In this document: piece by piece, positions 31,347 through 41,417 of the stretch
How the letters are laid out: every line of letters starts with the position of its first letter
Position numbering within the stretch: the first letter of the stretch is position 1
Origin: an uncultured Acidobacteriota bacterium
Lineage (GTDB): Bacteria; Acidobacteriota; Blastocatellia; RBC074
Assembly: GCA_963796275.1 (NCBI GenBank)
Contig: CAWCKY010000006.1
Coordinates: 2,848,001-2,912,000 of the forward strand
Direction of reading: 5' to 3'
DNA: 64,000 bases
Translations under genes and position numbers: made by a program
The notes under the pieces: generated by a model
Databases searched by the model: none
Told to the model about the DNA's origin: nothing
Seen by the model: only the letters and a program-made list of their open reading frames with translations

Positions 31347-33332
31347 ATGATAGTTGAGGAAAAAAAAAGGGTGATCATCGAAGGCGTCCACCCCGAAATT
31401 GATAGCGGCCAATTTCCCATCAAACGGGTCGTCGGCGAACAGGTCATCGTGCAAGCCGACATCTTCGCGGATGGTCATGACGCAATCGCGGCCGTGCTTC
31501 TCTATCGCAAGGCTGCCGAGATGGGCTGGCACGAAACGCCGATGAAACCTTTGGGCAATGATCGCTGGGAGGCTGCCTTTACAGTCGAGGGGATCGGATT
31601 TTATTACTATACGCTGCAGGCCTGGGTAGATCACTTCCAAACCTGGCGGAAAGACCTGGGCAAGCGGGTCGAAGCTGAACAGGACGTCAAGATCGAGTTG
31701 CTGATCGGGGCCCAATATCTGGAGGCGGCGGCTGAGAGCGCCTCTCCCGCTCTCAGCCAACATCTGCGAACGTGGGCCGGGACGCTCAGTAATGCGCAGG
31801 AGATCGAAAGAGCCATTTCGCTCGCCTTGAGCGATGAACTGGCCAAAGTCATGGCAGCTTCGGCGGACCGGAGCCGGGCGACCGGTTATCCGAAAGAACT
31901 GTCCGTCTCGGTCGATCGAAAACGGGCGCTTTTCAGTGCATGGTATGAGCTCTTTCCCCGATCTTACGGGCAGGAACCGGGGCAGCATGGCGCCTTCAAA
32001 GATTGCGAGCGGTTGCTTTCCAAGATTGCGAATCTCGGCTTTGACATCGTCTATCTACCGCCGATTCACCCGATCGGGGCGACGAAGCGGAAGGGGAAGA
32101 ACAACTCACCGGTTGCCGAAGCCGGCGATGTCGGAAGCCCCTGGGCGATCGGTTCAGAACACGGAGGCCATAAGGCTGTCGCGCCGGAGCTGGGTGATCT
32201 GAAAGACTTCGAGAGATTCGTCGCCCGTGCGAAACATCATGGCCTGGAGGTGGCCATGGACCTCGCCTTCCAGGCGTCTCGGGATCACCCTGATGTCAAA
32301 CAACACCCTGAATGGTTTCGCTGGCGGCCCGACGGTACGGTGCAATACGCTGAAAACCCGCCCAAAAAGTATCAGGATGTGCTGCCTTACTATTTCGAGA
32401 CCGAAAATTGGCAGGAGCTCTGGGAAGAGTTGAGAAGCGTCGTTCTCTTCTGGATAGAGCGCGGCGTACGCATCTTTCGCGTGGATAACCCGCACACTAA
32501 ACCGATACATTTTTGGGAATGGCTCATTGCCGAGGTGAAGCGGGAATATCCGGATGTGATCTTCCTTTCGGAAGCATTTACGCGTCCTAAAGTTATGTTC
32601 CGCCTGGCTAAGGTGGGCTTCACGCAGTCATATACCTATTTCACCTGGCGCAATACCAAACAGGAGATCATTGAGTACCTGACCGAATTGACCGGGTCGG
32701 AAGCGCGCCAGTATTTCCGTCCAAACTTTTGGCCCAACACGCCTGACATTCTCCCTGAGTTTTTGCAATACGGCGGACGGCCTGCATTCATCATCCGGCT
32801 GATTATGGCGGCGACGCTCTCGTCCAACTATGGCGTCTATGGAGCGGCTTACGAGCTCTGCGTTAACGAAGCGGTCCCCGGAAAAGAGGAGTACCTGAAT
32901 TCGGAGAAATACGAATTGAAGCGCTGGGAGACGAGCCAACCCGGAAATCTGCGGAACCTGATCGCTCGAGTAAATCGCATCCGGCGGGAGAACCCTGCGC
33001 TACAGACGACCTGGAATCTGAAGTTCTACGAAACGGACAACGAACAGATTCTGTTTTATGGCAAGGCGACCGATGATCAATCCAACCTGATGCTGATCAC
33101 GGTCAATCTCGACCCTTTTCATCCGCATTCAGGTTATGTTCGGGTGCCTCTGGCCGAGCTTGGCATCGGACCTAAGCAGGCCTATCTCGTGCATGACTTG
33201 TTGAGCGATGACAAATATATCTGGCAGGGAGAACTCAATTACGTAGAGATGGATCCACGGGCTATGCCTGCGCACATATTCCGCGTTCATCGTCGTATGC
33301 GCCGGGAAGCGGATTTTGACTACTTCATGTAA
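31347..33332 (+). CDS. glgE: Alpha-1,4-glucan:maltose-1-phosphate maltosyltransferase
   Basis: WYELFPRS, YAENPPKKYQD, FRVDNPHTKP, NFWPNTPDIL. Confidence 0.95.
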   Translation: MIVEEKKRVIIEGVHPEIDSGQFPIKRVVGEQVIVQADIFADGHDAIAAVLLYRKAAEMGWHETPMKPLGNDRWEAAFTVEGIGFYYYTLQAWVDHFQTWRKDLGKRVEAEQDVKIELLIGAQYLEAAAESASPALSQHLRTWAGTLSNAQEIERAISLALSDELAKVMAASADRSRATGYPKELSVSVDRKRALFSAWYELFPRSYGQEPGQHGAFKDCERLLSKIANLGFDIVYLPPIHPIGATKRKGKNNSPVAEAGDVGSPWAIGSEHGGHKAVAPELGDLKDFERFVARAKHHGLEVAMDLAFQASRDHPDVKQHPEWFRWRPDGTVQYAENPPKKYQDVLPYYFETENWQELWEELRSVVLFWIERGVRIFRVDNPHTKPIHFWEWLIAEVKREYPDVIFLSEAFTRPKVMFRLAKVGFTQSYTYFTWRNTKQEIIEYLTELTGSEARQYFRPNFWPNTPDILPEFLQYGGRPAFIIRLIMAATLSSNYGVYGAAYELCVNEAVPGKEEYLNSEKYELKRWETSQPGNLRNLIARVNRIRRENPALQTTWNLKFYETDNEQILFYGKATDDQSNLMLITVNLDPFHPHSGYVRVPLAELGIGPKQAYLVHDLLSDDKYIWQGELNYVEMDPRAMPAHIFRVHRRMRREADFDYFM

Positions 33333-33360
33333 ATGATATTCAGCGGAAAGGAGGCCTGTC

Positions 33361-36300
33361 ATGCCTTTGCAAGCCGATCCGCTCTGGTATAGAGACGCGG
33401 TTATTTATGAGCTGCACGTCAAGGCTTTTCACGATAGCAACGGCGATGGCAAAGGCGATCTTCGCGGATTGCTGGAAAAACTCGATTACCTGGAGAGCCT
33501 GAGCGTAACGGCCATCTGGCTGCTGCCTTTTTATCCGTCTCAGCTCAAAGACGACGGATACGACATCGCCGACTATTACCACATCAATCCCGATTACGGC
33601 TCATTGCAGGATTTCCGGGTCTTGTTGCGCGAGGCGCACCGACGCGGCCTTCGTGTGATCACGGAGCTGGTCGTCAATCACACCTCCGATCAACACCCCT
33701 GGTTCAAGCGCGCCCGGCAAGCGAACCCCGGTTCAGCCGCGAGAGATTATTACGTTTGGAGTGAGACACCGGAAAAATACCAGGACGCCCGCATCATCTT
33801 TAAGGACTACGAAACTTCCAATTGGGCATGGGACCCGGCAGCCAGGTCCTACTACTGGCATCGCTTCTATTCGCATCAGCCGGATTTGAACTACGACAAT
33901 CCGGCCGTGCAGAAGGAGATTATGCGCGTGATGGACTTCTGGTTCGGGATGGGAGTGGATGGTCTCCGACTGGACGCCGTTCCCTATCTCTATGAGCGCG
34001 AAGGGACCAATTGCGAGAACCTGCCGGAGACTTACAGTTTCCTCGAACGGCTGCGCGAACACGTGGACAGCAAATACGAGAACCGCATACTGCTGGCGGA
34101 GGCCAACCAGTGGCCGGAAGACGCCGTCGCCTATTTTGGCCAGGGTGACCGATGTCATATGGCGTTCCATTTTCCGGTCATGCCGCGGATGTTTATGGGG
34201 CTGCGCATGGAAGACCGGTTCCCGATCGTGGACATCCTGGAGCAGACCCCGGAGATTGCGGATTCCTGCCAGTGGGCGATGTTTCTGCGTAATCACGACG
34301 AATTGACCCTGGAGATGGTAACGGACGAGGAGCGCGATTATATGTGCCGCGTCTACGCCAGAGACCCGCGCGCCCAGATCAATCTGGGCATCCGCCGCCG
34401 CCTGGCGCCGCTGCTCGATAACAATCGCCGCAAGATTGAGCTGATGAACGTCCTGCTCTTTTCGCTGCCAGGCACGCCGGTCATTTATTACGGCGATGAA
34501 ATCGGCATGGGAGATAATTACTACCTGGGTGATCGGGACGGCGTGCGCACGCCGATGCAGTGGAGCCCGGACCGCAACGCCGGCTTTTCCAGAGCCAATC
34601 CGCAACAACTCTACCTGCCGGTGATCATCGACCCGGAATATCATTACGAAGCGATCAATGTGGAGACGCAGGATCGAAATCTATCTTCGCTGCTGTGGTG
34701 GATGAAGCGTCTGATCGCGATGCGGAAGCAATATAAGGCTTTCGGGCGCGGGAGTCTGGAATTCCTCTCAACCGACAACACAAAAGTACTGGCGTTCATC
34801 CGCCAGTATCAGGACGAAACCATCCTGGTGATAATCAGCCTCTCAAGATTTCCGCAGGTAGCCGAGCTGGAGCTAAGCAAATTCATTGGGCAGGTACCGG
34901 TGGAAGTCTACGGTCAGAATAAATTTCCGGCCATCAAAGATTCGCCATACATGTTCACACTGGGGCCTTACGGGTATCACTGGTTGTTGCTGACCCAATC
35001 GCGGGAGAGCATCAGCGCGGGACAGGCACGGGCTCTGCCGCAGCTCAGCGTCCAGGTACACTGGCAATCCTTGTTGGAACCGGAGGGTCGGGAGAAGTTG
35101 GAAAAAAAGGTACTGCCGCAATATCTGTCAAACTGCCGTTGGTTCGGCGGGAAGGGGCGAATTTTGCAGCAGGTCAAAATCGGGGAGGTCATTCCGCTCG
35201 ACGGGGCCGGCGCGCAGTTGGTAACGCTGGAAGTGAACTATACAGAAGGCGCGTCGGAATTATATTTGCTGCCGCTGTCATTCGCCACACAAGAACAGGC
35301 GCTTGAGCTTATTGATGGGTTCCCGCAAAGCGTTATCGCCTGGTTGCTGGTGGGCGATGACGCCGGAATTCTCTATGACGGTATATATGATGAACTAGTG
35401 CGTCAAACCCTGCTTTCAATGATAATCCGGCGCAAGAAAGCGCAGGGCAAACGCGGCGAGCTGACCGGCTACCCGGGTAAAAGACTCCGCGCGCTGGTAA
35501 ACAATAAGTTGCCGGCGCTCGATTCGCGCGTGCTGAAAGCGGAACAGAGCAACAGCGCGTTGACGTACGGGAACCAATTCTTCCTTAAGCTCTACCGGCG
35601 ACTGGATGAAGGAGTCAATCCCGATCTTGAGATGAGCCGGTTTCTGACGGAAAACACGGACTTCCGCCGGATTCCGCTCTTCGCCGGCGCGCTGGAATAC
35701 CGGACCAGGAAGAATGAATCTCTGCCTGTGGGCATGTTGCAGAGCTATCTGACCAACGAAGGCGACGGCTGGAGCTTTACGCTCGATGCCGTGGGACGGT
35801 TCCTGGACCGCGTGCTGAGCAAAGGCGCGGAGATGCGCAACGCTCCGCCTCAGTCTCTTTCCATGTTCGAGGTAGATACATCTCAGCTTCCGCCGGAATT
35901 GAATGAGTTGGTGGCGGGGTTCTACTTTGAGATGGTGCGGCTGCTCGGACAGCGCACCGGAGAGATGCACCTGGCGCTGGCCTCCACGGGAACAGCGCCG
36001 GACTTTGCGCCTGAACCTTTCTCAATGCTCTATCAACGAGCGGTCTACCAGTCTATGCGAAACAATATTCGGCGCGTGCTGCCGTTGCTGGAGAAAAACC
36101 TGAGCAAACTGGAAGGGGATGTCGCAGCCGAAGCAAAAGCATTGTTTGAAGCGGAGCAGGATTTACTCGATTGCCAGAAACGAATTCTGGAGAAGAAGAT
36201 TTCCGCCACCAAGATTCGCATTCACGGCGATTACCACCTGGGCCAGGTGCTGTTTACCGGCAAGGATTTCGCGATCATAGATTTCGAGGGCGAGCCGACC

Positions 36301-36681
36301 CGCGCGGCGAGTGAGCGAAGATTGAAGAGGTCCCCTTTCAGAGACGTGGCCGGGATGATTCGTTCATTCCATTACGCAGCTTACAGCGCGCTGCTCGAAC
36401 ACGGCAATGTGCGGCAGGAAGACATACCCGCGTTGGAGCAATGGATCGAACCGTGGTACCAGATTGTCAGCGGCAGCTTCCTCGATGAATACCTGAAGAC
36501 GGTTGGACGGGCCGCTTTCATTCCCGCGGAGAGAGAAGAGCGTGAAATCCTGCTGAAGACGTTACTGCTCGATAAGGCGGTTTATGAACTCGGCTACGAA
36601 CTGAACAATCGCCCTGCCTGGGCGATGATTCCCATCCGGGGCATCAAGCAGATACTCCAGAACCGGTCCCGGGTGAACTGA
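33361..36681 (+). CDS. treS: Trehalose synthase fused to maltokinase (TreS-Mak/Pep2)
   Basis: LRLDAVPYL, FLRNHDELTLEMV; C-half AEQSNS, RIHGDYHLGQ, IDFEGEP. Confidence 0.95.
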   Translation: MPLQADPLWYRDAVIYELHVKAFHDSNGDGKGDLRGLLEKLDYLESLSVTAIWLLPFYPSQLKDDGYDIADYYHINPDYGSLQDFRVLLREAHRRGLRVITELVVNHTSDQHPWFKRARQANPGSAARDYYVWSETPEKYQDARIIFKDYETSNWAWDPAARSYYWHRFYSHQPDLNYDNPAVQKEIMRVMDFWFGMGVDGLRLDAVPYLYEREGTNCENLPETYSFLERLREHVDSKYENRILLAEANQWPEDAVAYFGQGDRCHMAFHFPVMPRMFMGLRMEDRFPIVDILEQTPEIADSCQWAMFLRNHDELTLEMVTDEERDYMCRVYARDPRAQINLGIRRRLAPLLDNNRRKIELMNVLLFSLPGTPVIYYGDEIGMGDNYYLGDRDGVRTPMQWSPDRNAGFSRANPQQLYLPVIIDPEYHYEAINVETQDRNLSSLLWWMKRLIAMRKQYKAFGRGSLEFLSTDNTKVLAFIRQYQDETILVIISLSRFPQVAELELSKFIGQVPVEVYGQNKFPAIKDSPYMFTLGPYGYHWLLLTQSRESISAGQARALPQLSVQVHWQSLLEPEGREKLEKKVLPQYLSNCRWFGGKGRILQQVKIGEVIPLDGAGAQLVTLEVNYTEGASELYLLPLSFATQEQALELIDGFPQSVIAWLLVGDDAGILYDGIYDELVRQTLLSMIIRRKKAQGKRGELTGYPGKRLRALVNNKLPALDSRVLKAEQSNSALTYGNQFFLKLYRRLDEGVNPDLEMSRFLTENTDFRRIPLFAGALEYRTRKNESLPVGMLQSYLTNEGDGWSFTLDAVGRFLDRVLSKGAEMRNAPPQSLSMFEVDTSQLPPELNELVAGFYFEMVRLLGQRTGEMHLALASTGTAPDFAPEPFSMLYQRAVYQSMRNNIRRVLPLLEKNLSKLEGDVAAEAKALFEAEQDLLDCQKRILEKKISATKIRIHGDYHLGQVLFTGKDFAIIDFEGEPTRAASERRLKRSPFRDVAGMIRSFHYAAYSALLEHGNVRQEDIPALEQWIEPWYQIVSGSFLDEYLKTVGRAAFIPAEREEREILLKTLLLDKAVYELGYELNNRPAWAMIPIRGIKQILQNRSRVN

Positions 36682-36696
36682 AAGAAGGGAAGACAA

Positions 36697-38691
36697 ATGC
36701 CGGAGAGAGAGCTTGGATCCAAACAACAAAGGGCTGAAACGAGCGACGCCGGCCAAAGCCGTCTGCTGACCGAGCACGACATCTATCTCTTTAAAGAAGG
36801 CAGTCACTTTACCCTTTACGAAAAACTGGGCTCTCATCCGGCGCTATTGTACGGCGAGCCGGGCGTTCGCTTCGGCGTCTGGGCGCCCAATGCGGCCAGC
36901 GTCTCCGTGATGGGAGATTTCAATGAGTGGGATTCGCAAGCCCATCCTTTGCAAGTCAGAGTAGATGGTTCGGGCATCTGGGAAGGCTTCATTCCCGATC
37001 TTCGTGCGGGAACGGTTTACAAGTACCACATCGCTTCCCGTTATCGCGATTATGAGGTGGACAAGGGCGATCCGTACGCCTATGCGTGGGAGGTCGCGCC
37101 TCGTACAGCTTCGATTGTGGCCGATCTCAGCTACCAGTGGAACGATGCGGAATGGATGGCCAATCGCCGCGAGCGCAATTCGCTGGACTCGCCGCTATCA
37201 ATTTACGAAGCGCATCCCGGATCCTGGCGCCGCGTGCCGGAAGAAAAAAATCGGTTTCTCAACTACCGCGAGCTGGCGCACGAATTGGCCGCCTACGCCA
37301 AACAGATGGGTTTCACGCACGTCGAACTGACGCCGATTATGGAGCATCCGTTTTATGGCTCCTGGGGCTATCAGGTGATCGGCTACTTCGCGCCCAGCAG
37401 CCGTTATGGCTCGCCGCGGGACTTTATGTACCTGGTGGATCACCTGCACCAGCAGGGAATCGGCGTGATCCTCGATTGGGTCCCGTCGCACTTTCCGTCG
37501 GATGAGCACGGTCTGGTCTATTTCGATGGCACGCACCTGTACGAACACGCGGATCCGCGCCTGGGATTTCATCCGGATTGGAACAGCTACATCTTCAACT
37601 ACGGGCGCAAGGAGGTACAGTCTTTTCTGATCAGCAACGCGCTCTATTGGCTGGACAAATATCACATAGATGGGCTGCGAGTGGATGCGGTAGCTTCCAT
37701 GCTCTATCTGGATTACTCACGAAAACCGGGCGAGTGGATTCCCAATGAATACGGCGGGCGGGAGAATTTGGAAGCCGTCGCATTTCTCAGACGCCTCAAC
37801 GAAGTGATCTATCAAACCTATCCGGATGTCCAGACTATTGCGGAAGAATCTACATCCTGGCCCATGGTCTCTCGCCCGATCTACATTGGCGGCCTGGGCT
37901 TCGGTCTGAAATGGAACATGGGTTGGATGCACGACACGCTGGAATATTTCTCGCAGGATCCGATCCATCGAAAATATCATCACAATCAATTGTCCTTCAG
38001 CATCTGGTACGCCTTCGCGGAAAACTTTGTGCTGGCGCTCTCGCACGATGAAGTGGTACACGGCAAAGGCTCTCTGCTCGGTAGACTTCCCGGCGATGAT
38101 TGGCGGAAATTGGCCAACCTGCGCCTGTTGTTCGGCTATATGTATGGCCATCCGGGGAAGAAGCTGCTCTTTATGGGCGGCGAATTCGGGCAATGGCGCG
38201 AATGGAATCACGATGCGAGCCTGGATTGGCACCTGCTCGATCAACCGGCGCATCAGGGAGTGCAACGCTGGGTGCAAGACCTCAATCGGTTTTACAGACA
38301 GGAGCCGGCTCTCTACGAACAGGATTTTCAGCCCGAGGGGTTCGAGTGGGTGGATTTTCACGATGCGGAAAAAAGCACGCTGAGTTTTCTCCGGCGCGGC
38401 CGCGCGCCCGAGGAACTAATTTTGGTCGTTTGTAACTTCACGCCCGTGCCGCAAACAAATTACCGCGTAGGTGTGCCGGAAGAAGGATTCTGGAAGGAAA
38501 TGTTGAACAGCGACGCCAAAGAATACGGCGGCAGCGGATATGGCAACTTCGGCGGGCTGGAAGCGTCGCCCGTCGCCAGCCACGGGAGATACTATTCGCT
38601 CTCGCTGAACGTGCCGCCGCTGGGAGTGATCTTCCTCAAACGTGAGCGGAGCGAGACAGTACGCGGATTCTTCAGTTCCGTGCGCGGCTGA
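36697..38691 (+). CDS. glgB: 1,4-alpha-glucan branching enzyme
   Basis: [39 protein letters not shown]. Confidence 0.95.
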   Translation: MPERELGSKQQRAETSDAGQSRLLTEHDIYLFKEGSHFTLYEKLGSHPALLYGEPGVRFGVWAPNAASVSVMGDFNEWDSQAHPLQVRVDGSGIWEGFIPDLRAGTVYKYHIASRYRDYEVDKGDPYAYAWEVAPRTASIVADLSYQWNDAEWMANRRERNSLDSPLSIYEAHPGSWRRVPEEKNRFLNYRELAHELAAYAKQMGFTHVELTPIMEHPFYGSWGYQVIGYFAPSSRYGSPRDFMYLVDHLHQQGIGVILDWVPSHFPSDEHGLVYFDGTHLYEHADPRLGFHPDWNSYIFNYGRKEVQSFLISNALYWLDKYHIDGLRVDAVASMLYLDYSRKPGEWIPNEYGGRENLEAVAFLRRLNEVIYQTYPDVQTIAEESTSWPMVSRPIYIGGLGFGLKWNMGWMHDTLEYFSQDPIHRKYHHNQLSFSIWYAFAENFVLALSHDEVVHGKGSLLGRLPGDDWRKLANLRLLFGYMYGHPGKKLLFMGGEFGQWREWNHDASLDWHLLDQPAHQGVQRWVQDLNRFYRQEPALYEQDFQPEGFEWVDFHDAEKSTLSFLRRGRAPEELILVVCNFTPVPQTNYRVGVPEEGFWKEMLNSDAKEYGGSGYGNFGGLEASPVASHGRYYSLSLNVPPLGVIFLKRERSETVRGFFSSVRG

Positions 38692-39202
38692 TGATAATAG
38701 TTGTAACATCTCCACTTTTACTCTGGTACATCGAGACCCAGAAGTTCTCTTCAGGGTCGTCCGTTCGTATGATTTTTGACCCGTCGGGTCTTTGCTCAAC
38801 CTCTGTATCACCAACGACATCGGCCCAGGTCGGGACTTTCTTCGACTCGAAGAAGTAAAGCTGAATCGCTTTCACACTGTCATTGTCATAATGAGCCGTA
38901 AGCCTGTCGTCGCCTCCGATCTTGAAACTGTCTTGAACATTATCCGACAGTTCGGGCTTGCCAAGCGTATCCCGCACCTCATCACGTTTCATTCCGAGTT
39001 TGATGCCGCGATATTCCCGCATGACCTTGATCTCCTTGGAGGATGCTGCAACGGTAGCTGTCTGCCCCTCTTGCTGAGTTATCGCATATCCCAATGTTTG
39101 CGGCTCCTTTTGCTGAGCCGCTAGTGGCGTCAAACCATGCATCCAAAACGCAAGACTTCCAATTGCCAACAGAGCGACGAAGATTATTTGCAGCCGTTTC
39201 AT
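38672..39202 (-). CDS. Exported hypothetical protein
   Basis: Signal peptide; [20 protein letters not shown] (SmpA/BamE-like motif); 3' end overlaps glgB convergently. Confidence 0.7.
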   Translation of the reverse strand: MKRLQIIFVALLAIGSLAFWMHGLTPLAAQQKEPQTLGYAITQQEGQTATVAASSKEIKVMREYRGIKLGMKRDEVRDTLGKPELSDNVQDSFKIGGDDRLTAHYDNDSVKAIQLYFFESKKVPTWADVVGDTEVEQRPDGSKIIRTDDPEENFWVSMYQSKSGDVTTIIISRARN

Positions 39203-39206
39203 GTGC

Positions 39207-39812
39207 TTAACCTCCCATTCTATCTTTCTGCCCTATGAGATTTTCCTCTAATGCCACTTCATGGCCTTCTGATCTGATAGCGTCAGTAGGCTGCGATGCT
39301 CGATTGCGTATCAGTTCAACCTCTCGCACGATGAACCGGGTTCCATCACGTGACCACGCATATGGCAGATCTGCTGAAATATAGAACCCTCTCCCGAAAT
39401 ACTTTTGCCAGTGAGATTCGAGTATCTGATAAACAACTCGTTGTGGCTCTTCCATGATTAACACATCGCTCACATCGCCCATGTATTTGCCTTTCTCTGT
39501 CACAATCCTGGCTCCGATGGCTTCCCGGCACGCGCTGATACCACCTCCAATCTTTTCCCGGACACCTGTTTGACTAGAGAGCGCACTCTCCAATATCACA
39601 ACAACGTTATTTCTGTTGAAAATGAAGAAATCGTTAGCTGCAACCGCACAGGTCACGCCTTCGATTGATCGCAGGATGAGTCCGAGCACTGTGCCTTCGG
39701 TGGGATGGATGATGACATCACTAATCTGCCCTACTATCTCGCCGGTTTCAGGCAGAACGACAGGCATCTTTTTTAGCTGGCTCACGGTGTTCAGGGAGCT
39801 TACTTGTTTCAT
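39207..39812 (-). CDS. PRC-barrel domain protein
   Basis: TGEIVGQISDVIIHP and KGKYMGDVSDVLI repeats. Confidence 0.75.
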   Translation of the reverse strand: MKQVSSLNTVSQLKKMPVVLPETGEIVGQISDVIIHPTEGTVLGLILRSIEGVTCAVAANDFFIFNRNNVVVILESALSSQTGVREKIGGGISACREAIGARIVTEKGKYMGDVSDVLIMEEPQRVVYQILESHWQKYFGRGFYISADLPYAWSRDGTRFIVREVELIRNRASQPTDAIRSEGHEVALEENLIGQKDRMGG

Positions 39813-39897
39813 CTTCTCTACCTTTTCAGAACTTCATATTTCCTACCTCTTGATTACTCTATTTCGGGTTGATTTTTCAGCAGGCATTTACAGTAAT

Positions 39898-39913
39898 TAC
39901 AAACTCTGTGCCA
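39898..39913 (-). promoter_or_regulatory. Sigma-54 promoter
   Basis: TGGCACAGAGTTTGTA. Confidence 0.65.
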
Positions 39914-39997
39914 GATGTAGGATGTGTCTCCTGACCCTATTTTATTGTGGTTTATGTGCTCGGTAAGACTCTCTGGAGTAGATGGCATTCTTGCCGG

Positions 39998-40035
39998 TGT
40001 GGCTTTTTGGGACTTCACCCTGACTGAATGCAACA
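39998..40035. promoter_or_regulatory. Tandem UAS sites
   Basis: TGTGGCTTTTTGGGACT-N4-CCTGACTGAATGCAACA, about 85 bp upstream of the -24 box. Confidence 0.65.
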
Positions 40036-40297
40036 ATTTCTTGGCGGGGTTTATTCTGCACATTAGCCCAGGAGGCACATTTGAAGTCGTTATCGAGAGA
40101 CTCAGTAACCGGTTTAAACCCGATATCAATGAGATTGAGATCATCATTCTCTACGAGTGGGAAAGAGGCTTTCTGCAACACGCAGTGTTTCTGCGCGCCA
40201 CAGGCTATGAAACTTTTTCCGCCCTTTCAAACTTGCCATCCTGGGCGATATCACCAGCAAAGCTACTTTCAGACCGTTATGGGGATCAGCCATCGGC

Positions 40298-40313
40298 TGG
40301 CACGCCCATTGCA
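40298..40313 (+). promoter_or_regulatory. Sigma-54 promoter for the USP gene
   Basis: TGGCACGCCCATTGCA (consensus match); UAS-like pair at 40164-40202. Confidence 0.8.
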
Positions 40314-40388
40314 CTTTCAATAGGTGTTGGACGAATTGTTTCTATTTCAACACGGCTAAAAATAGGAAATCGAATGATGGATTGTAGA

Positions 40389-41351
40389 ATGAAAATACTG
40401 ATTGAATACGATGGATCGAGGCGCGCCGATGATGCGATCGAGGATCTGCAGAATGCCGGACTGCCGAAAGAGGCGAAGATTAAAATCGTTTCCGTTGTTG
40501 AGCCAATCATACCAACAGGGATGCCGGAAATTCCTTGTAGCGTCACATTCGCGCAAGTTACCGAACGCAAGGTTCAGCTATCGAGGTTAGCGGTCAAAGA
40601 GGCCTGCGAGCGGTTGAGCGAGTTATTCCCTGATTGGGAGCTGGACAACGCAGTCTATCAAGGGAAAACGGAGCTGGCGATTATCGGGCTCGCAGCGAAG
40701 TGGAAACCGGATCTGGTGGTCATTAGCCCGTTGAACCGCAATGTATTAGGACGGCTGATTTTCGGTAGTCTGTCGCGGAGCATCGTCGAGAGATCTTCCT
40801 GCTCAGTGCGTGTAGCTCGCCCCGCGGATATATGGGATGGAAGCGGGCTTCGCTTACTGATCGGTTTTGACGGCTCATCTAGCTCAGAGGCGGCTGTATG
40901 TGAAGTCGCTTCACGACAATGGCCGAAAGGGGCTCAAGTGCGTTTAGTTACAGGTTTCAAGTCGTCATTCGATTTACGCTCGGAGCTGTACGATGTTGAG
41001 GAACCGCTTCTTCGTATGCGCCTGGATCTGGCGGTTAGATTGCTGCGTGCCGCAGGGTTAGTGGTCTCCCAAGTAATAAGGGGGGAATCGCATAGACAGG
41101 TGATACTCGACGAAGCAGTGAGATTTGGTGCGCACTGCATCTTCCTCAGCGGTGATGATCGCGGCGGGTTCAGGCGCCTGGTTTTCGGCAGCACTGCGGC
41201 GGCTGTGGCTTCAAAGGCTCGATGCACAGTTGAAGTGGTTCGTGAAAAAAAGAGGCGCCTGATAGCAATAGACTCTGGTGCCAGACGGAAGGTGCCAAGG
41301 CGAACGGTATTTGAGGCAGCATCCTGGACGTCAGCGCAAGTGAGTTCGTGA
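40389..41351 (+). CDS. Universal stress protein (tandem USP domains)
   Basis: MKILIEYDGS, FGSLSRSIVERSSCSVRVAR, FGSTAAAVASKARCTVEVVR; the ORF track's upstream extension crosses the promoter and is spurious. Confidence 0.9.
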   Translation: MKILIEYDGSRRADDAIEDLQNAGLPKEAKIKIVSVVEPIIPTGMPEIPCSVTFAQVTERKVQLSRLAVKEACERLSELFPDWELDNAVYQGKTELAIIGLAAKWKPDLVVISPLNRNVLGRLIFGSLSRSIVERSSCSVRVARPADIWDGSGLRLLIGFDGSSSSEAAVCEVASRQWPKGAQVRLVTGFKSSFDLRSELYDVEEPLLRMRLDLAVRLLRAAGLVVSQVIRGESHRQVILDEAVRFGAHCIFLSGDDRGGFRRLVFGSTAAAVASKARCTVEVVREKKRRLIAIDSGARRKVPRRTVFEAASWTSAQVSS

Positions 41352-41417
41352 AGCGGAACTTTCTCAGAAACTCGCCCTCATATTCGGTCATGCTGCCGAA
41401 ACGACTTCATTCTCCCG

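Noticed and set aside
33361-36681. TreS-maltokinase fusion as a novelty
   Set aside because: A well-known architecture in GlgE-pathway operons
39924-40388. 150-aa N-terminal extension of the USP ORF in the track
   Set aside because: It spans the divergent promoter and UAS region; USP homology starts at MKILIEYDGS
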